NCBI GenBank assembly: GCA_044224875.1
Contig: JBGAJQ010000008.1
Span: 1 to 60,010 of the forward strand
From: Gemmatimonadaceae bacterium
GTDB lineage: Bacteria > Gemmatimonadota > Gemmatimonadetes > Gemmatimonadales > Gemmatimonadaceae
Direction: 5' to 3'
Length of the DNA stretch: 60,010 bases
Below, piece after piece: positions 1 through 8,078 of the stretch (position 1 is the stretch's first letter; each line of letters opens with the position of its first letter). Under the pieces are notes generated by a model. It was not told the DNA's origin and searched no databases. It worked only from the letters and a program-made list of their open reading frames with translations. The translations under genes were made by a program, and so were the position numbers.

Positions 1-2
1 GC

Positions 3-863
3 ATTGGCCCGTCAGATGCAAACGTGCTCATTACCGGAGAACACGGAACGGGGAAGGAGCTGGTCGCGAATTGGCTTCACGTCTCGTCCCCGCGGGCGGC
101 GCAGGGATTCGTCGCGGTGAATATGGGTGGCCTCTCGGACGGCGTGTTCGAGAGTGAACTGTTCGGGCACGTGAAGGGTGCATTCACAGATGCGAAGACC
201 GACCGCATTGGTCGTTTTGAACTGGCGGATCGCGGCACGCTGTTCCTGGACGAAATCGCCAACACGAGTTCCACGCAGCAGGCCAAGCTGCTGCGGGTGC
301 TGCAGAGCGGCGAATTCGAACGCGTGGGTTCGTCGCGCGTGAAGACGGTTGACGTGCGCGTACTGTCGGCCACGAATGCGGATGTCCGCGAGGAGGTGGC
401 GCAGGGGCGCTTCCGCGAAGACCTCCTGTTCCGCCTGAACACGATCGAGATTCACCTCCCGCCGCTCCGCGAGCGGCGAGAAGACATTCCCGTGCTGGCG
501 CAGGAGTACCTGCGGCGGTTCGCGGATCGCTACCGCAAGCGTATCACAGGCTTCGAGGCGATGGCCATGCAGTCGCTGTTGGATCACAGCTGGCCAGGGA
601 ACATCCGCGAGCTGTCGCACTCGGTGGAGCGGGCGGTGCTCATGGCCACCGGGGAACTGATACGGAGTCACGACCTGGCCCTGCGTTCCGGCGCTGCGTC
701 GGCGGCCCTGCGGTTCGAGGATCTGACGCTGGATGAGGCCGAGAAGCTGCTCATCCAGCGCGCCCTGGAGCGTTCCGGCGGGAAGGTGGCACAGGCGGCG
801 AAGTTGCTTGGTGTTTCGCGGAGCGCGCTGTACCGCCGGCTCGAACAACACCGGCTGGCGTGA
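3..863 (+). CDS. Sigma-54-dependent (NtrC-family) regulator, AAA+ and Fis-HTH part; 5' truncated by the window edge
   Basis: Walker [22 protein letters not shown] loop, Walker [26 protein letters not shown]-terminal [19 protein letters not shown]. Frame is open back to base 3. Confidence 0.95.
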   Translation: MGPSDANVLITGEHGTGKELVANWLHVSSPRAAQGFVAVNMGGLSDGVFESELFGHVKGAFTDAKTDRIGRFELADRGTLFLDEIANTSSTQQAKLLRVLQSGEFERVGSSRVKTVDVRVLSATNADVREEVAQGRFREDLLFRLNTIEIHLPPLRERREDIPVLAQEYLRRFADRYRKRITGFEAMAMQSLLDHSWPGNIRELSHSVERAVLMATGELIRSHDLALRSGAASAALRFEDLTLDEAEKLLIQRALERSGGKVAQAAKLLGVSRSALYRRLEQHRLA

Positions 864-894
864 CGGACACGCGCGGACCGGGCATGCTCCGTTG

Positions 895-2235
895 ATGGAA
901 CCTGCGCCGCGGCGCCGCTTCTCCTTTCCGCACGAGCGGCGCGTCTTCCTGTTGGCGCTGTCGGCGGGGCTTCCAGGAGTGGTGGCGACGCTGGTCTTGC
1001 TGTGGATCGGTGGATACTCGACCAAGGTCGTTTGGACGTTCGGCACGCTGGTGGCCGGCATCTGGCTGATCATCGCGATCGCCTTGCGAGAACGCGTCGT
1101 CCGCCCACTCCAGACGCTCTCCAACATGCTGGCGGCCCTTCGCGAAGGCGATTTTTCCTTGCGAGCGCGACTGGGTCAGTCCGACGATGCGCTTGGGCTG
1201 GCGCTGATGGAAATCAACTTGTTAGGCGACACGTTGCGCCACCAGCGCCTAGGCGCCATGGAGGCCACGGCGCTCCTGCGAGCCGTGATGCAGGAGATCG
1301 ACGTGGCCATTTTTGCGTTCGATGGAGACGGGACCTTGCGCCTGGCCAACCGGGCCGGCGAACGCCTGCTTGCCCTCCCTTCCGAACGACTGGCCGGCAG
1401 AAGCGCCGAAGCGTTAGGCATTGCGGAGTACCTCGAAGGCACCGTGCCTCGGGTATCGGACCGAACATTCCCGGAGCGCAGTGGGCGCTGGGAAATCAGG
1501 CGCACCACGTTTCGGCAGGATGGGCGACCGCACACCCTCCTGGTGGTCACCGACGTCACCCGCGCGCTGCGTGAGGAGGAGCTGCAGGCGTGGCAGCGGC
1601 TGGTTCGTGTGCTGTCCCACGAAATCAACAACTCGCTGGCGCCCATCAAGTCGCTTGCGGGCAGCCTCTCCGGCATCGTCGAGCGCAACGGCCCGACGCG
1701 CGACGGGTCCGACGCCAGCGACCTTCGGCGGGGATTGAGCGTGATCGGCGGGCGCGCCGACGCTCTGTCGCGCTTCATGTCGGCATACGCGAGAGTGGCG
1801 AAACTGCCCGCGCCGCGGCGGCGACCGGTAGAAGTCGGTGCGTGGGTCCGTCGTGTCGCGGCCTTGGAGACGCGCCTTCCCGTGAACGTGGTCCCGGGAT
1901 ACGATGTGGTGATCGAGGCGGACCCCGATCAGCTCGAACAGGCACTGATCAACCTCGTTCGAAATGCCGTGGATGCGTCGTTGGAGACGCAGGGAGCCGT
2001 GCGCGTCGGCTGGACGGTCAGCCCCGAGTTCGTGGATGTCTCGGTGACGGATGACGGTCCTGGCCTGGGTGGCGCCGCTAACCTCTTCGTCCCCTTCTAT
2101 ACCACAAAGCCAGAGGGCACTGGCATTGGCCTCGTCCTGTCGCGTCAAATCGCGGAGGCGCACGGAGGGCAGGTGCTCTTGGAGTCGCGACGCGATCGCA
2201 GTGGCGCGGTAGCGACGTTGCGAGTCCGCCGCTGA
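895..2235 (+). CDS. Membrane sensor histidine kinase (2 TM, HAMP, PAS-like, HisKA, HATPase)
   Basis: H-box VLSHEINNSL, N-box QALINLVRNA, G1 DDGPG, F-box LFVPFYTTK, G2 GTGIGL. ATG 895 chosen just downstream of the regulator stop. Confidence 0.93.
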   Translation: MEPAPRRRFSFPHERRVFLLALSAGLPGVVATLVLLWIGGYSTKVVWTFGTLVAGIWLIIAIALRERVVRPLQTLSNMLAALREGDFSLRARLGQSDDALGLALMEINLLGDTLRHQRLGAMEATALLRAVMQEIDVAIFAFDGDGTLRLANRAGERLLALPSERLAGRSAEALGIAEYLEGTVPRVSDRTFPERSGRWEIRRTTFRQDGRPHTLLVVTDVTRALREEELQAWQRLVRVLSHEINNSLAPIKSLAGSLSGIVERNGPTRDGSDASDLRRGLSVIGGRADALSRFMSAYARVAKLPAPRRRPVEVGAWVRRVAALETRLPVNVVPGYDVVIEADPDQLEQALINLVRNAVDASLETQGAVRVGWTVSPEFVDVSVTDDGPGLGGAANLFVPFYTTKPEGTGIGLVLSRQIAEAHGGQVLLESRRDRSGAVATLRVRR

Positions 2236-2589
2236 TGGAGTAGTTGCCGCCCGTCGACGGCCCCCAGTGCTCGCCGACTCCCCAATCGCACCGCGTACGC
2301 CGACATGCGAAGGGTTTCGGCCACGTCCTCGTGTTGGTGGACACGCGGACCGACACGTTTTCGTTTTATACGTCGAGGACCGGGGGATACCGAGCCGCGT
2401 GGCGGGGTCGTTCGCTCGCCAACAACCTGCCCCATCCGTCATTTCAGGCAGGACGTTTGGAGGGGTGGCCGACCTCGAGGCGCGTGGCTACCGTTCTGAC
2501 GCGTGCTCGGCAACACTTGCAAGCACTCGAGTGTGGTTAGGCCTTTCACCGTGAGCGCGCCATCCGGATCACCCACGAGGACCAAATCC

Positions 2590-3015
2590 ATGATCACTCG
2601 TAAGGCAGACGCCCGCTGGGAAGGCGACCTGAAGGCTGGCAAGGGCAACATCCGCCTCGGCAGTGGCGCCTTTGAAGGGAAGTACTCGTTCGGCACGCGG
2701 TTTGAGGGTAGTCCCGGGACCAACCCGGAGGAGCTCCTCGGCGCGGCGCACGCGGCATGCTTTACCATGGCGTTGTCCGCGGCTTTGGCGCGTGCCGGTC
2801 ATACACCTACTAGCGTGGACACCACGGCCTCCGTACACCTGGACAAAGTGAACGACGCCTTCTCGATCACCGGCATCGATGTCGTCACCCGTGGCGTGGT
2901 GCCGGGTCTGTCCCTCGAGGAGTTCCAGCGATTTGCTGAGGATACGAAGAAGGGCTGCATCATCTCGCGAGCGTTGGCAGCGGTCCCGATGACCGTTGCG
3001 GCCTCACTCGCCTAA
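2590..3015 (+). CDS. osmC: OsmC family peroxiredoxin
   Basis: ARWEGDLKAGKG, YSFGTRFE, GTNPEELLGAAHAACFTMAL and second Cys in KGCIISRAL. GAGGA upstream of ATG 2590. Confidence 0.95.
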   Translation: MITRKADARWEGDLKAGKGNIRLGSGAFEGKYSFGTRFEGSPGTNPEELLGAAHAACFTMALSAALARAGHTPTSVDTTASVHLDKVNDAFSITGIDVVTRGVVPGLSLEEFQRFAEDTKKGCIISRALAAVPMTVAASLA

Positions 3016-3039
3016 CGCTGGGCGACCTTCAAGAATCCG

Positions 3040-3678
3040 ATGACAGACTCCGCGCCGCGATCCGCTGACTGGCCGATCGCGGCGCGGGCTCTAGCGGCGT
3101 CGTTCGTAGGAAATCCGTTCTACGAAGGGATTGTGGCGGGGTGTAGTCCGTCGGAGCGTGAAGATCGTCTCGTGGAGTACTTCCTGGCCTCGATGGACGA
3201 AGGCGCCGCTCACGGAAAGGTGATAGTGACCGACCCGCCGGACGGTGGTGCGGCTATTTGGCACGCACCGACGCCGATCCCGGCGGCGGTGAGCGCGGCC
3301 AAGCATGCGCGCCTCGCAGTCGCACTGCCGCCGAAGGGTTACGCCCTGTACCGAGCGATCGGGGCGTCCATGGCCGACTTCACACGCGGCTTGGTCTCGC
3401 CAAACTACTGGTATCTCTCCATCCTCGGGGTCAACCCGGCGCGCCAGGGCGCAGGGGTGGGCACACGACTGGTGCGCCAGACGCTCGACGGGCTCGACTC
3501 GCTCGGCCTAACGAGCTATCTGGAGACGTACACGACAGAGGCGCTGCGCTGGTACGAGCGGCTGGGCTACCACTCGATCGCCGACACGCGAGAGCCGAAC
3601 CTTGGTCGCCGATATTGGGTCATGGTTCGAGAGGCTCCGCCTGCCGACCTCCCGCGTGGTGCCAACCCTAGCACCTGA
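3040..3678 (+). CDS. GNAT family N-acetyltransferase
   Basis: WYLSILGVNPARQGAGVGTRL (motif A), YLET and WYERLGY. Confidence 0.88.
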   Translation: MTDSAPRSADWPIAARALAASFVGNPFYEGIVAGCSPSEREDRLVEYFLASMDEGAAHGKVIVTDPPDGGAAIWHAPTPIPAAVSAAKHARLAVALPPKGYALYRAIGASMADFTRGLVSPNYWYLSILGVNPARQGAGVGTRLVRQTLDGLDSLGLTSYLETYTTEALRWYERLGYHSIADTREPNLGRRYWVMVREAPPADLPRGANPST

Positions 3679-3753
3679 ACGCGAGAGGTCTGGCCATCCG
3701 ATGATGCCACGCCACGACGCCAGGGCCCCAGGCGGACGGGCGCAACACAGGCG

Positions 3754-4653
3754 TTAAGCGCGAAGGCCGGCGAGTATGGAGTTGAGGTTGCTGCTGCCGG
3801 CCAAATCCCGGATCCGGTTCTCGACCCGCGGAAAGATCGTCGTCGCGTCGCCCTGGAACTTCGCGAACAGCGCCTTCAAGTCGGCCGTGCTGAGCTTTCG
3901 TCCCTGCGCATAGTACTGCTGGGCCGCATGTCCGAGGGCGTACGTGGTGGCAAAGGTGACCGCCGTTCCGGCGGCCATGCCTGCGGCCCCTCCGAGGAGT
4001 CCGCCAAAGATTCCGCGTCCAATCCCGCCGAGGACGCCGCGCACGATGCCTTCCATCATGTGTCCGGCTGCACCAATGCCGAGCACGGCGGCAAGATCCT
4101 TCGCTTGAGCCATGTCGAACTGCTGCCCGTGACGCTGGCCGATGGAGTACACCAGCCTCAGTTGCAAGGGCAGGATGGCCATGCCCGCCAAACGGTGCGG
4201 CAGCAGTTCGCAGGCGCCGGTCAGCATGGCCTGATCGAGGATGAAGGTATCCAGGTCACCAGCGGGCGGGTTGGTGGGACCCGACTTCATGGCTCCGGCC
4301 GTCGCGGAATAGGTGGACGCGGCTTCGGCGGACCCGGCAACGGCTCCCAGCGACCGAGACAACGCCGACAGGAACGCGGCCTCCTTGTCGTTAGGCTCGC
4401 CGTCGGCATGACAGACGGCGGCTGCCGTGTCGTAAGCGGCGACACGCGCCTCGTCGTTGGACAGGTTCGAGGCAAGGTCCGTCAAGTCGGCCGCGCCATG
4501 CACGGCTTGCTGCAGGAGCGGATCGTCAGCGGGTAGCCCGAGTCTGGCGGCGGCCGCCGCGATGTTGTCGCGCTCGGCGTCACTCTGGTTTCCATCGGCA
4601 GCCGCTGCCAAGGCAGCAATGGCAATGATCGTTTGAGCATCACGAGAGTTCAT
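3754..4653 (-). CDS. TerB-like N-terminal domain fused to a DUF697/YcjF-like C-terminal domain
   Basis: AAADGNQSDAER and VCHADGEPNDKEAAFL are TerB-like. The C-terminal half has ILPLQLRLVYSIGQRHG and a Gly-rich hydrophobic stretch ending TFATTYALG. Confidence 0.7.
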   Translation of the reverse strand: MNSRDAQTIIAIAALAAAADGNQSDAERDNIAAAAARLGLPADDPLLQQAVHGAADLTDLASNLSNDEARVAAYDTAAAVCHADGEPNDKEAAFLSALSRSLGAVAGSAEAASTYSATAGAMKSGPTNPPAGDLDTFILDQAMLTGACELLPHRLAGMAILPLQLRLVYSIGQRHGQQFDMAQAKDLAAVLGIGAAGHMMEGIVRGVLGGIGRGIFGGLLGGAAGMAAGTAVTFATTYALGHAAQQYYAQGRKLSTADLKALFAKFQGDATTIFPRVENRIRDLAGSSNLNSILAGLRA

Positions 4654-4751
4654 ACGACGTGCTCGGTTAGGAGAAGGGGCCGAACGCCCGGTCGAACAAA
4701 GATGAATTTCAGGGCGCCGAAAGAACCACCGGCAAACGCCCGACGCGGGTA

Positions 4752-5870
4752 CTACGAAAGCTGACGCACGGTTGTGCCAATGCGCGTCAGCGCCGTCTGG
4801 ACCTTCTGGGGCTCATATCCAAGAGTGATGCGCAGGTGGCTTTCGGCGCCGAGAAGTGCGCCAGGCGCTACCAGCACGTTCCCGGCCTGTCGGATGTGCT
4901 CCGCGACGTCGTACGAAGCCATGGGCAGGTGATAGCGAACAAACGCGATGGCTGTTGCCTCTGACGGCACCACATCGAAGTGGCCATCCTGCGTGGCGAG
5001 CCAGCGTCCCAAGACGGCCCAACCCTCGGCCGTCAGTCGCTTCTGTCGCTGGATCAGCGTGGGACGTTTGGCTGGTGTGAGCGCGAACTCGGCCAAGGTC
5101 ATGCTCGGCGCCGCCGCCGCGATCACCGCGTATTCGTGCCGCCGCCAGAGTGCCTGAATCATCTCGTCGGCGGCGACTGCCCAGCCAATCCTCAGTCCAG
5201 CCAGACCGTATGCCTTCGAAAGCGAGTTGGTGCAGAGCACGCGCGAATAGCGCCCCCAGAAGGACGGTGTTTCGCTGCGGTCGCCATGCTCGGTGCCGGT
5301 GTACACCTCATCGGCATGCAGCCATGCGCCCACGCGGTCACAGGCGGCTACCACGCGTTGCATTTCGTGATCCGTGAGGATCGACCCAGTCGGGTTGTTC
5401 GGGTTGACGACCGAGACCAAGCGCGTCCGTTCGGTGACCGCGGCTTCCAGGGCATCCAGATCAAGCCGCCAACCACGATGTTCGCACAACGGTACTTCAC
5501 GCACCGTACATCCCGCGTTCTTCGCCAGCCCCCACACCTGACGATATCCCGGAGTCACCACGAGCACCTCATCACCTGCCGTGAGCAGCGTGTCGCAGAT
5601 GATGCTGTTGGCTTGAGCTGCGCCGACCGTCACGAGCACATTGCTTGCGGTAGCTCCCGGGTACATCCCGGCAATCTGTTCGCGCAGCGGCCGAGTGCCG
5701 TTCACTTCCGGATAGAATAGACCGGTACGGAGGAGCCGCTCACGCTCGTCCGGATCGAGCCACTCGTCGGTGCGAAGACATTTTACGCTGCTGTCGGCGA
5801 GGTTGATTTCGACCGTGTGCTCCCACATCGACTGGTAATGCTCGAGCTCAAATGGCTGGAATGAGGTCAT
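4752..5870 (-). CDS. PLP-dependent aminotransferase, class I/II
   Basis: VNPNNPTG, HADEVY and SLSKAYGLAGLRIGW (PLP lysine). Confidence 0.93.
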   Translation of the reverse strand: MTSFQPFELEHYQSMWEHTVEINLADSSVKCLRTDEWLDPDERERLLRTGLFYPEVNGTRPLREQIAGMYPGATASNVLVTVGAAQANSIICDTLLTAGDEVLVVTPGYRQVWGLAKNAGCTVREVPLCEHRGWRLDLDALEAAVTERTRLVSVVNPNNPTGSILTDHEMQRVVAACDRVGAWLHADEVYTGTEHGDRSETPSFWGRYSRVLCTNSLSKAYGLAGLRIGWAVAADEMIQALWRRHEYAVIAAAAPSMTLAEFALTPAKRPTLIQRQKRLTAEGWAVLGRWLATQDGHFDVVPSEATAIAFVRYHLPMASYDVAEHIRQAGNVLVAPGALLGAESHLRITLGYEPQKVQTALTRIGTTVRQLS

Positions 5871-6041
5871 GTGACGGGCGAGGTTGGTGGCGAGAACGCA
5901 CGGCGAGAATATGAAGGTGAGGACAGAGATCCGCTGCTGGGCTCTTCCGCTGGCGAGCAGATGTTGCGCGTCTTGGGTAGCCGTGTATGAAGGTGCGAGG
6001 GACGATCAGCCAAATCACACGAAACCGGGCCGGCAAACGAC

Positions 6042-6722
6042 ATGATCACGCCTGATGACATCCCGCGAGTCGATTCGCGCGTACGCACGGCTGTATACGA
6101 GATCTTTGCAAGCGGGCAAATACCGGCACGTCTGGACGTCGCGCGACTGATCGGGATTGAGGAGCGAGACGTAGCCTCCAGCTATGAGCGCCTAGCCGAT
6201 TCGCACGTGCTGGTGCTGGATCCGACGACGCGCGAGGTGTGGATGGCGATGCCTTTCTCCGCGGTAGCCACTGCGTTCGTCGTTGCGGCTCGCGACAGGC
6301 AGTGGTGGGCGAACTGCGCATGGGACGCGATGGGGATATCTGCCGCCCTGCAGTGTGACGTTCGGGTGGAAACAACGTGTGCGGATTGCCGCGAGCCCAT
6401 GACCGTGACCATCGCAAACGGCGAACTCATGCCGGCCCACGGCGTGGCGCACTTCGCCGTTCCTGCCGCGGAGTGGTGGAACGACATCGGGTTCACCTGA
6501 GCCACCATCCGACTCTTCCGGTCGGAAGAGCACGTGCGTGCATGGGCCCAACGTGCCGGCCGTGCGCCGGGGAGTGTCGTCACGCTCCCCAGACTGTGGG
6601 AGCTGGCGAGAGCATGGTACGGGGATCGCCTCTCACCCAGCTGGCGGCGGCGCACACCCGCCGAGAGTCAGGCGCTCTTCTCCGCCGTGGGGTTACACGG
6701 CCCATTCTGGACACTTACCTAA
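6042..6722 (+). CDS. MerB-like (alkylmercury/organometal lyase family) protein, probable selenoprotein with TGA 6498-6500 read as Sec; 226 aa
   Basis: N-terminal wHTH, MPFS, WANCAWD (MerB Cys96/Asp99), CADC, then IGFT-TGA-ATIRLFRSEEHV in frame to TAA 6722. The two ORF-track pieces (6042-6500 and 6534-6722) share one frame, and a SECIS-like hairpin follows the TGA. Confidence 0.85.
6501..6530 (+). promoter_or_regulatory. Putative bacterial SECIS element
   Basis: Perfect stem CTCTTCC (6513-6519) / GGAAGAG (6524-6530) with a GGTC loop, starting 12 nt after the in-frame TGA. Confidence 0.75.
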
Positions 6723-6739
6723 CGAGGCCCGACACTGCG

Positions 6740-7999
6740 TCAGGGCATGGTGCGCCGGATGCGCGTGAGTTGTCGCAGGGCCGGGACGCGCCAAGCCGTC
6801 ACGGTGACGACCGCCAGGGTCATGGAGCCGCCGAAGATCACCGAGGGCACGGTGCCCATGATCCGCGCCGCCGCCCCGGATTCGAACGCCCCAAGTTCGT
6901 TGGAGCTGCCGATAAAGATCGCATTCACGGCAGAGACGCGCCCCATGAGCTCCGTCGGCGTCATGACCTGAATGAGCGTGGAGCGAATGACCGCCGAGAT
7001 GTTGTCCGCCGCGCCGCTGGCCACCAAAAGGGCGAACGAAAGCCAGACGTTGCGCGACATCGCGAACCCGATCATGCACACGCCAAAAATGGCCACCACC
7101 GTAATCAACGTGCGGCCCGCCTGCTGGAATGGTCCGCGATGGGCCACGACGATCGCCATGATGACTGCGCCAATGCCCGGCGCGGCCTGCAACATCCCAA
7201 GACCCTGAGCCCCCACGTGCAGAATTTCCGTCGCAAACACCGGCATCAATGCCACCGCACCGCCGAACAGCACAGCGAAGAGATCGAGCGTGAGCGCGCC
7301 CAGTAACACGCGCTCTTTTCGAACAAAGGCAATGCCTTCCGCGAGGCTCTCGCGAATGGAGGTACTGACGCTGGCACGCGGCGCCGGCGTGTAGCGAATC
7401 GCCACCATGGACAGGAGCGCCACGGCCGCGAACACGAGGTTCACCGCATACGCGGTGCGGGCTCCCATTCTTCCAAGCAGAAGGCCGCCCAGTGCCGGGC
7501 CCAGGACGCTTCCCAGCTGCCAAGTGGAACTACGCCAGGTGGCGGCATTGACGAACGTCTCGCGCGGCACGATCTCCGCAACCAAGGCAGAACGCGACGA
7601 CTGTAGAAACGACCGCGCGACACCGCACATTCCGATGACGAGGTAGTAGGGCCACACGCGCGTGGGGAGAGCGGGGCCGGCGGCGAAACTCAGGAGCGCG
7701 ATCGCGGCCACCAAAAGCACCGCCAACGCCCGCAAGGAGATGCCGCGCCGATCACCACGATCGACGATGTGTCCGGCCAGCAGCGCCACCAACACGTACG
7801 GGATGACCTCGGCCAACCCGATCAGACCTAACGACAGAGGGTCGCGCGTGATCTGATACACCTGCCATGACACCACGACCGCCTGCACCTGCGACGCCAT
7901 GGTCATGGTAAGCAGGGAGGCCACGAACCACCGAAAGTTTTCGATGCGCAGGGCGGCGTACGGCTCGTGTACGTCCGTCGGGTCTCGTGGGGCGCTCAC
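6740..7999 (-). CDS. MFS transporter (EntS/MFS_3-like)
   Basis: About 12 hydrophobic helices. YAALRIENFRWF, WQVYQITRDPLSLGLIGLAE, AGHIVDRGDRR, LDLFAVLFGGAVALMP, ELMGRVSAV. Start taken at GTG 7999. Confidence 0.92.
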   Translation of the reverse strand: MSAPRDPTDVHEPYAALRIENFRWFVASLLTMTMASQVQAVVVSWQVYQITRDPLSLGLIGLAEVIPYVLVALLAGHIVDRGDRRGISLRALAVLLVAAIALLSFAAGPALPTRVWPYYLVIGMCGVARSFLQSSRSALVAEIVPRETFVNAATWRSSTWQLGSVLGPALGGLLLGRMGARTAYAVNLVFAAVALLSMVAIRYTPAPRASVSTSIRESLAEGIAFVRKERVLLGALTLDLFAVLFGGAVALMPVFATEILHVGAQGLGMLQAAPGIGAVIMAIVVAHRGPFQQAGRTLITVVAIFGVCMIGFAMSRNVWLSFALLVASGAADNISAVIRSTLIQVMTPTELMGRVSAVNAIFIGSSNELGAFESGAAARIMGTVPSVIFGGSMTLAVVTVTAWRVPALRQLTRIRRTMP

Positions 8000-8078
8000 G
8001 GCGTGGAACTTATCGCGGTGAAAGCAATCGCGCCCCCGCACAGGGGATGTGCGAGGGCGCGGACCACAGCGGGAAAGG

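Noticed and set aside
2244..2540. 98-aa ORF between the kinase and osmC
   Set aside because: TTG start and no recognisable domain. It may simply be the osmC upstream region.
6042..6500. Truncated merB or pseudogene interpretation
   Set aside because: The stop is TGA at a catalytic Cys column, the downstream frame is intact, and a SECIS-like hairpin follows. Recoding explains this better, pending a check for sel genes.
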